NCBI GenBank assembly: GCA_035515455.1
Contig: DATJBH010000031.1
Coordinates: 10,172-74,171 of the forward strand
Direction: 5' to 3'
Origin: Xanthobacteraceae bacterium
GTDB taxonomy: Bacteria > Pseudomonadota > Alphaproteobacteria > Rhizobiales > Xanthobacteraceae
Length of the DNA: 64,000 bases
A model generated the notes under the pieces. It was not told the origin of the DNA. It worked only from the letters and a program-made list of their open reading frames with translations, and did not search any database. How positions within the stretch are numbered: the first letter of the stretch is position 1; each line of letters starts with the position of its first letter. The position numbers were made by a program, and so were the translations under genes. This document shows positions 57,429 through 64,000 of the stretch, piece by piece.

Positions 57429-59771
57429 TTATTCCGTGGCCTGATGTTGCGCGCCACTCGCGTTGATCGCCGCCCACACCCGGCTCGGCGTCGCCGGCAT
57501 ATCGATCTGCTCGATGCCGAAGGGCTTGAGCGCGTCGAGGATGGCGCTGATCACCGCCGGCGGCGCGCCGGTGGCGCCGGCTTCGCCTGCGCCCTTGACG
57601 CCGAGTGGATTGGTGGTCGCCGGCACTTCGGTGAGCTCGGAAACGAAATCCGGAAAATCTTCCGCGCGCGGCATGGCGTAATCCTGGAAGCTGCCGGTGA
57701 CGAGCTGGCCGCCGTCGTCGTAGACGATCGCCTCCATCAGCGCCTGGCCGACGCCTTGGGCGACACCGCCGTGGATCTGGCCCTCGCAGAGCAGGCGGTT
57801 CATCACCTTGCCGACGTCGTCGACCGCGGCATAGCGGTCGAGCGTGACAGCGCCGGTCTCAGGATCGATCTCGACCTCGCAGACATGGCAGCCGTTGGGA
57901 TAGTTCGACGGCTCGGCCGAGAACGTGCCGGAGGCTTCGAGTCCGAGCTCGAAACCGGGCGGCAGCATGACCGGACGATGCAGCGACATCGCCACCGCGG
58001 TGAGCGGCAGCGCGCGGTCGGTGCCGACGATGCGGAACGCGCCGTCCTTGAATTCCAGATCGCCGGCAGCGGCTTCCATCATCATCGCCGCCATCGGCTT
58101 GGCCTTTTCGATGATGGCATCGGCGGCGCGTTTGAGCGCATTGCCGCCGACATGCATGCTGCGCGAGCCGTAGGTGCCGCGGCCGATCGGCACTTCGTCG
58201 GTGTCGCCCTGGATGAAGCGAATGGTGTCGATCGGCACGCCAAGCCATTCATGCACCATCTGCGCATAGACGGTCTGATGGCCCTGGCCGTGCGAATGAG
58301 TGCCGGCGACAATGGTCACGGTGCCGCTGGGGTCGAACCGGATCACCATCTTGTCGTTAAACACGGCGGCCTCTTCCAGGAAATAGCCGATGCCGCGGCC
58401 GCGCAGCTTGCCGCGCTTTTTCGATTCCGCGGCGCGTTTGGCGAAGCCGTTCCAGTCGGCGAGCTTGAGGCACTCGTCCATGACATGGACGAAATCGCCG
58501 CTGTCATAAGTCATGTGGGAATGCGCGATCTTGTACGGCATGGCGGCCGCGGGAATGAAATTACGCCGCCGCATTTCGATCGGGTCGACGCCAATCACGC
58601 GCGCCGCCTTTTCGATCAATTGCTCGATCAGAAATGTCGCCTCCGGCCGGCCGGCGCCGCGATAGGGCGCCATCGGTGTCGTGTTGGTCAGCACCGCCTT
58701 GGCCGAGGCATGCACCGCGGGGATGTTGTAGACGCCGGGCGCCAGCTTGATGGCGTAGAGCGGCACGACGATGCCGGCCTCGAACACATGCGAGCCCATC
58801 TGGTGCAGCGCTTCGACGCGCATGGCGAGGATCTTCCCGCTCTCGTCGAGGGCGAGACTGCCGGTCACCACTTGGTCGCGGCCGTGGGCGTCGCCGAGGA
58901 AGGCGTCCGAACGGGTCGAGGCCCATTTGACCGGACGGCCGCCGATCTTGCGCGAGGCCCAGACCACGAGGCCATCTTCCGGATAGCCGCCGTTCTTCAT
59001 GCCGAATCCGCCGCCGACGTCAGGCGAGATCACGCGCAGCCGCGATTCGGTGACTTTGAGCACGTTGCCGGCGACGTGTTGACGCGTGCCGTGCGGATTC
59101 TGCGTGGTCGAATAGAGCGTGTAGCTGTCGCTGTCAGGATGGTATTCGCCGATTGCGGCGCGCGGCTCGATGGTGTTGGCGCTCACGCGGCTGTTGGTGA
59201 GCTTGAGCGAAACGACATGCTTGGCCTTGGCGAAGGCGGCATCGACCGCGTCCTTGCTGCCCATCATCAGGCCGACCGCGATGTTATTGGGCGCCTCGTC
59301 CCAGACCGCCGGCGCGCCGGGCTTGACCGCGTCCTCGACATTGACGACCGCCGGTAAGGGCTCGTAATCGACCTCGACCAGTTCGGCGGCGTCCCTGGCC
59401 TGCGCCAGCGTTTCGGCGACCACGAAAGCGACGCGCTCGCCAACCGCGCGCACCTTGCCGATGGCGAGGATCGAACGCAGCGTGCGGTAGCCTTTCGGGC
59501 CGCCCATGTCCTCCGGCATCACCGGTGAAAAGGCGCCGAGCTTGTCGGCCTCTATGTCGGCGCCGGTCAGCACCGCGAGCACGCCCGGGGCGGCCTTGGC
59601 CTTGGCGGTATCGATGCGCTTGATCCGGGCATGGGCATGCGGCGACATCACGGTGACGCCATAAGCCATGCGCGGCAGGTCGATGTCATCGACGTAGCGG
59701 CCCCGCCCGGTGATGAAACGGGGATCCTCGAACCGGGTGACTGGCTGGCCGATGCCGAATTTGCTGCTCAC
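57429..59771 (-). CDS. molybdopterin-binding subunit of xanthine dehydrogenase/CO dehydrogenase family (CoxL-like)
   Basis: GTG at 59771 is preceded by GGAGGA. FGIGQPVTRFEDPRFITGRGRYVDDI, GGGFG, and GQIHGGVAQGVGQAL are typical of the large subunit. No small or medium subunit genes are adjacent. Confidence 0.9.
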   Translation of the reverse strand: MSSKFGIGQPVTRFEDPRFITGRGRYVDDIDLPRMAYGVTVMSPHAHARIKRIDTAKAKAAPGVLAVLTGADIEADKLGAFSPVMPEDMGGPKGYRTLRSILAIGKVRAVGERVAFVVAETLAQARDAAELVEVDYEPLPAVVNVEDAVKPGAPAVWDEAPNNIAVGLMMGSKDAVDAAFAKAKHVVSLKLTNSRVSANTIEPRAAIGEYHPDSDSYTLYSTTQNPHGTRQHVAGNVLKVTESRLRVISPDVGGGFGMKNGGYPEDGLVVWASRKIGGRPVKWASTRSDAFLGDAHGRDQVVTGSLALDESGKILAMRVEALHQMGSHVFEAGIVVPLYAIKLAPGVYNIPAVHASAKAVLTNTTPMAPYRGAGRPEATFLIEQLIEKAARVIGVDPIEMRRRNFIPAAAMPYKIAHSHMTYDSGDFVHVMDECLKLADWNGFAKRAAESKKRGKLRGRGIGYFLEEAAVFNDKMVIRFDPSGTVTIVAGTHSHGQGHQTVYAQMVHEWLGVPIDTIRFIQGDTDEVPIGRGTYGSRSMHVGGNALKRAADAIIEKAKPMAAMMMEAAAGDLEFKDGAFRIVGTDRALPLTAVAMSLHRPVMLPPGFELGLEASGTFSAEPSNYPNGCHVCEVEIDPETGAVTLDRYAAVDDVGKVMNRLLCEGQIHGGVAQGVGQALMEAIVYDDGGQLVTGSFQDYAMPRAEDFPDFVSELTEVPATTNPLGVKGAGEAGATGAPPAVISAILDALKPFGIEQIDMPATPSRVWAAINASGAQHQATE

Positions 59772-59851
59772 GTAGTCCTCCCCATTCTGCCCCGTTTCCA
59801 CGGGGGAAGATCGTTTATACGATAATGAGAATACACGACGGGAGGAAGAGA

Positions 59852-61480
59852 ATGGCGGCGGGCGCAGAACAGGCAAGCTTCGATTACATTATTATCGGCG
59901 CCGGCTCGGCCGGCTGCGTGCTGGCCAATCGGCTCACCGCCTCCGGCAAGCACCGGGTGCTGCTGCTGGAGGCCGGCGGGCACGACCGGCATTTCTGGAT
60001 TCACGTCCCGCTCGGCTTCGGCAAGCTGTTCGACAATGGCAAGGTGAACTGGCTCTACAAGTCGGAGCCGGAGCCCGAGCTGAACAACCGCAGCGTCATC
60101 CAGCCGCGCGGCAAAGTGTGGGGCGGCTCGAGCTCGATCAACGGCCTTCTTTATATCCGCGGCCAGCATGAGGATTTCGATCACTGGCGGCAGCTCGGCA
60201 ATGCCGGTTGGGGCTTCGCCGATGTGCTGCCTTATTTCCGGCGTGCCGAGGACCAGGAGCGCGGCGCCGACGATCTCCATGGCACGGGCGGACCGCTCGC
60301 GGTTTCCGACGTGTGCGAGCCGCATCCGCTGTGTGAGGCCTTCATCGCGGCGGCGCAAGCGGCGGGCTTTCCGCGCAACGACGATTTCAACGGCGCGCGC
60401 CAGGAAGGCGCCGGCTATTTCCAGCTGACGACGAAGAACGGGCGGCGCTGGTCGACCGCCGTCGGCTATTTGCGGCAGGCACGGCGGCACGGAAATCTTG
60501 CGCTGGTGTCGAATGCGCTTGCAACCCGCATATTGTTTTCCGGGCGGCGCGCCATCGGCGTCGAATACCGGCAAGGCGAGACGACGCGCACCGCCTATGC
60601 CGACGGCGAAGTGATCCTCGCCGGCGGTGCGTTCAATTCGCCGCAGCTGCTGCAGCTCTCAGGGCTCGGGCCGGAGAAAATCCTGCGCGCTCTCGGCGTT
60701 CCGGTAATCGCCGACCTCCCGGGTGTCGGCGCCGACTTGCAGGATCACCTGCAAGTGCGCATGCAGTTCCGCTGCACCGAGCCGATCACCATGAACGAAG
60801 TGATCCATGACTGGCGTCACCGTTATGCCGCGGGCTTGCGTTATCTGATGACGCGCAAGGGGCTGCTCACCATTGGCGCCGGCTATTGCGGCGCGTTCCT
60901 GCGCACGCGGCCGGAACTGGCGACGCCGGACATGCAGATCCATTTTCTTATTTTCAGCGCCGATACCGCCGGCGCCGCGCTGCATGCGTTTCCCGGCTTC
61001 ATGGCCTCGGTGTGCCAGTTGCGGCCGGACAGCCGCGGCTTCGTGCGCATCAAGTCGAGCGATCCGATGATGCCGCCGGCAATCCAGCCGCGCTATCTGA
61101 CCGCGCGCAACGACCGCGACACCGTCGTCGCCGGACTGAAAGTGCTGCGCCGGATCATGAGCCAGCCGGCGATGCGCCGCTACATCGCCGAAGAGCGTGC
61201 CCCCGGGCCACATTGCCAGAGCGACGACGAGCTTCTAGCCTTCGCGCGCGACAACGGCACCACGGTCTATCATCCCACCTCGACCTGCCGGATGGGGTCC
61301 GATCCGAATGCGGTGGTCGACGAGCGCTTGCGGGTGCGCGGCTTCGAGGCCTTGCGTGTCATCGACGCCTCCATCATGCCGACGGTGGTTTCGGGCAACA
61401 CCAATGCCGCCTGCGTGATGATCGGCGAGAAGGGCGCCGACATGGTGCTGGAGGATGCGCGCGTTCGAGCGGCGGCGTGA
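59852..61480 (+). CDS. GMC family oxidoreductase (choline dehydrogenase-like)
   Basis: FDYIIIGAGSAGCVLANRLT (FAD motif), GKVWGGSSSINGLLYIRG, and C-terminal HPTSTCRMG. Confidence 0.92.
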   Translation: MAAGAEQASFDYIIIGAGSAGCVLANRLTASGKHRVLLLEAGGHDRHFWIHVPLGFGKLFDNGKVNWLYKSEPEPELNNRSVIQPRGKVWGGSSSINGLLYIRGQHEDFDHWRQLGNAGWGFADVLPYFRRAEDQERGADDLHGTGGPLAVSDVCEPHPLCEAFIAAAQAAGFPRNDDFNGARQEGAGYFQLTTKNGRRWSTAVGYLRQARRHGNLALVSNALATRILFSGRRAIGVEYRQGETTRTAYADGEVILAGGAFNSPQLLQLSGLGPEKILRALGVPVIADLPGVGADLQDHLQVRMQFRCTEPITMNEVIHDWRHRYAAGLRYLMTRKGLLTIGAGYCGAFLRTRPELATPDMQIHFLIFSADTAGAALHAFPGFMASVCQLRPDSRGFVRIKSSDPMMPPAIQPRYLTARNDRDTVVAGLKVLRRIMSQPAMRRYIAEERAPGPHCQSDDELLAFARDNGTTVYHPTSTCRMGSDPNAVVDERLRVRGFEALRVIDASIMPTVVSGNTNAACVMIGEKGADMVLEDARVRAAA

Positions 61481-61501
61481 GGACGATCCCGCGACCGATG
61501 A

Positions 61502-61744
61502 CTATGACGCTTTGCGAACCGGCTTGGTGTATTCGAGCGGCTTGAACTTTTGCCGCTTCTCCACCCTGGTGTGGACCGGGTTGCAGCCATTGCCGCCGCA
61601 GACGATCAGGGCTTCATGGACAAGCGAGCGTTGGGCAACCGACGGCGTCGCCGGCGCTTGGACCCCGGCACTGCCGAGCGGCATTGCAATCGCAAACAGA
61701 GTTGCCACAGCGAGCGCGCTCAGAACAGGCTTGTGCATGCTCAA
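61502..61744 (-). CDS. small secreted hypothetical protein
   Basis: Signal peptide MSMHKPVLSALAVATLFAIAMPLGSA, then a CGGNGCNPVHT motif and a basic tail. Confidence 0.5.
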   Translation of the reverse strand: MSMHKPVLSALAVATLFAIAMPLGSAGVQAPATPSVAQRSLVHEALIVCGGNGCNPVHTRVEKRQKFKPLEYTKPVRKAS

Positions 61745-61882
61745 TCTCCAATGGTGCGTCCCTCTTCGCTCGTTAGAAGCTTATGGTGAATGAAGTATTA
61801 ACAGCACATTGCGCGGGCTCCGGCGCGGGTGCATCATGGCGTTAAAATAAAGCGGCAAGTCACCGCCCAAGGAGCGGCTCTG

Positions 61883-63619
61883 ATGCACGATATCGTCATT
61901 CGCGGCGGCACCATCATCGACGGCACCGGCAAAGCGTCTTTCACCGGCGACGTCGCCATATCCGGCGACCGCATCGCCGCGGTCGGCGGCAAGCAGGGAC
62001 CGGCGCGGCGCGACATCGACGCCGACGGACTCCTGATTACACCCGGCTGGGTCGACGCGCATACCCATTACGACGGCCAGGCGATGTGGGACCCGTTATT
62101 GGCGCCGTCGTGCTGGCACGGCGTCACCACCGCGGTGTTCGGCAATTGCGGCGTCGGCTTCGCGCCGGTCAAGAAAGAACATCGCGGCGCGCTGATGGAT
62201 CTGATGGAAGGCGTCGAGGAGATTCCCAATCCGGTGCTGGCCGCCGGTCTCACCTGGGAATGGGAGACGTTTCCGCAATTCATGGATGCGCTCGAGCGAC
62301 GACCGCGCGCCATCGACATCGCCGCGCAGGCCGCGCATCTGCCGACTCGCGTCTATGTCATGGGCGACCGCGCCGTGCGCCGCGAGCCCGCCACGCCGGA
62401 CGACATCGCCGAAATGCGCCGGCTGACTATCGAGGCGCTACAGGCTGGCGCCTTCGGCTTCACCACTTCGCGCACCGATTCGCACAAGACGCCGGCCGGC
62501 GAGGCCGTTGCCTCGCGCGACGCGGACGATCATGAGCTTCTTGGCATCGGTTCGGCGCTGGGCGTCACCGGCACCGGCGCCTTCGGCATGAATTCCGATT
62601 TCGACGATGAGGAATTCGAGCTGCGCTGGATGCGCAAGCTCGCCAAGGATACCGGCCGGCCGATCTGGTTTCTGCTCACCGACCGCTACGAGGATCCACA
62701 ACGCTGGCGCCGTCTGATCGACGCGGTGCACGAGATGCGCGCGCAGGGCCTGCCGATCACCGCGCAGATGGCCGGCCGCCCGATCGGCGTCATGATGGGC
62801 ATCGGCACCGCGCTCAATCCGTTCACGGTGCGACCGAGCTACAAGAAACTTGAAAGCCTGCCGATCGAAGAGCAACGCCGGCGGCTGCGCGATCCTGCCG
62901 TGCGCGCGCAAATCCTCGCCGAGAAGCCGTCGGACGCCGAGGTCGCCAAGCTCGCGCAGTTTCGCCAGGCCGTCACCCGGAAGTGGGAGCGCTTCTACGT
63001 CATGGGCAATCCGCCGGATTATGAGCCGGGTCCGGAGAAGAGCGTCGCCAATATCGCCGCGCGCAGCGGACGACCGCCCGACGAGGTGGCCTACGACACC
63101 ATCATCGAGGACGGCCAATATCTCTACTTCCCGGTAGTGAATTACGTCACCGGCGATCACGCGCCGATTTATGAGATGCTCAACGATCCGGCCTGTCTCC
63201 TCGGTTTGAGCGACGGCGGCGCGCATTGCACCTCGATCGTCGATGCCGGCGTGCCGACTTTCATGCTCACGCACTGGGCCCGCGACCGCGTGCGCGGGCC
63301 GAAGCTTCCGCTGGAAATGCTGGTCAAGCGCCAGACCAGCGAGACCGCGGATTTCTTCGGGCTTTCCGATCGGGGCCGCCTCGCGCCGGGACTACGCGCC
63401 GACGTCAACTTGATCGATTTCGCCGGCCTTCAGGTGCAAAAGCCTGAACTGGTCCACGACATGCCGGCACAAGGCCGCCGCTTTGTGCAGCGCGTCACCG
63501 GCTATGAAACGACGCTGGTCGCCGGCGAGCCGATCTTCGAGCGCGGCGAGCATACCGGCGCGCTGCCTGGCCGCCTCGTTCGCGCCGGCCGCGAGGCCCC
63601 GGCGCTCGCGGCGGAATGA
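61883..63619 (+). CDS. N-acyl-D-amino-acid deacylase (D-aminoacylase) family amidohydrolase
   Basis: ATG at 61883 with AAGGAG upstream. MHDIVIRGGTIIDGTGKASFTGDVAISGDRIAAVG...ITPGWVDAHTHYD...FGNCGVGFAP. Confidence 0.9.
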   Translation: MHDIVIRGGTIIDGTGKASFTGDVAISGDRIAAVGGKQGPARRDIDADGLLITPGWVDAHTHYDGQAMWDPLLAPSCWHGVTTAVFGNCGVGFAPVKKEHRGALMDLMEGVEEIPNPVLAAGLTWEWETFPQFMDALERRPRAIDIAAQAAHLPTRVYVMGDRAVRREPATPDDIAEMRRLTIEALQAGAFGFTTSRTDSHKTPAGEAVASRDADDHELLGIGSALGVTGTGAFGMNSDFDDEEFELRWMRKLAKDTGRPIWFLLTDRYEDPQRWRRLIDAVHEMRAQGLPITAQMAGRPIGVMMGIGTALNPFTVRPSYKKLESLPIEEQRRRLRDPAVRAQILAEKPSDAEVAKLAQFRQAVTRKWERFYVMGNPPDYEPGPEKSVANIAARSGRPPDEVAYDTIIEDGQYLYFPVVNYVTGDHAPIYEMLNDPACLLGLSDGGAHCTSIVDAGVPTFMLTHWARDRVRGPKLPLEMLVKRQTSETADFFGLSDRGRLAPGLRADVNLIDFAGLQVQKPELVHDMPAQGRRFVQRVTGYETTLVAGEPIFERGEHTGALPGRLVRAGREAPALAAE

Positions 63620-63643
63620 ATCGCTCGCGGTCGCGATAGCATC

Positions 63644-64000
63644 ATGCTGCAAACTTCCGGCGTCACCGAGCGCCTGGCAGATTTCGTGACGGCGACGCGG
63701 TGGAGCGACCTGCCGGACGAGGTCGCTCATGCCGCGAAGCGTTCGCTCGTCAATTTCTTCGCCGCGGCGCTCACTGGCTGCCGCAACGAAACCTTTGAGA
63801 TCGCGCTCGGCACGCTTGCCGCATTTTCGGGTGGCAAGCCGGCGGCCCTGGTCGGGCGGCGCGAGCGCATCGATGCGCTCAGCGCGGCATTCCTCGATGC
63901 CGCCGGTGCCAACGTGCTCGACTTCTGCGACACCCATGTGCCGACGGCGATTCATCCGACCGCGCCGCTGGCGCCGGCGCTGCTCGCGCTCGCCGAGTTG
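63644..64000 (+). CDS. MmgE/PrpD family protein, N-terminal part (continues beyond window)
   Basis: ATG at 63644. MLQTSGVTERLADFVTATRWSDLPDEVAHAAKRSLVNFFAAALTGC is a typical MmgE/PrpD N-terminus. The frame is open to the window end. Confidence 0.8.
   Translation, partial: MLQTSGVTERLADFVTATRWSDLPDEVAHAAKRSLVNFFAAALTGCRNETFEIALGTLAAFSGGKPAALVGRRERIDALSAAFLDAAGANVLDFCDTHVPTAIHPTAPLAPALLALAEL

Overview
High-GC (about 65% by eye) alphaproteobacterial chromosomal segment. It looks most like a Bradyrhizobiaceae/Nitrobacteraceae-type Hyphomicrobiales genome: tlpA-argH-lipoprotein-lysA-TIGR02302-thiC synteny, cobO-etfBA-hbd, purEK-rpsU, and several REP-like intergenic palindrome families. I call about 75 protein-coding genes or gene remnants, one TPP riboswitch, a few intrinsic terminators and five short repeat families. 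I recognised no rRNA, tRNA, CRISPR array, transposase or integrase. The housekeeping backbone is interrupted by AT-richer islets (sampled lines about 45-50% G+C) at roughly 18.0-24.4 kb and 50.0-51.9 kb. Every defence- or conflict-type gene I can recognise is truncated, interrupted by a nonsense codon, or orphaned: SIR2-like, AbiJ/HEPN-like, DUF1963, BrnA-like antitoxin, CdiI-like immunity candidate. The one exception is an apparently intact DUF4258/DUF2283 pair. I do not see an intact, clearly novel multi-gene system. The most unusual signals are two cases where a diverged partial copy (about 87% identical by manual alignment) of a resident gene sits beside a small foreign cassette: the thiC 3' end and a lytic transglycosylase 5' end. 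In addition, single-nucleotide frame disruptions affect three normal-GC genes (DUF6496-like, an OB-fold exported protein, cvpA), and in-frame stops affect two low-GC genes. All family assignments come from motif recognition by eye. No database search, HMM or folding program was run, and start codons are often uncertain.
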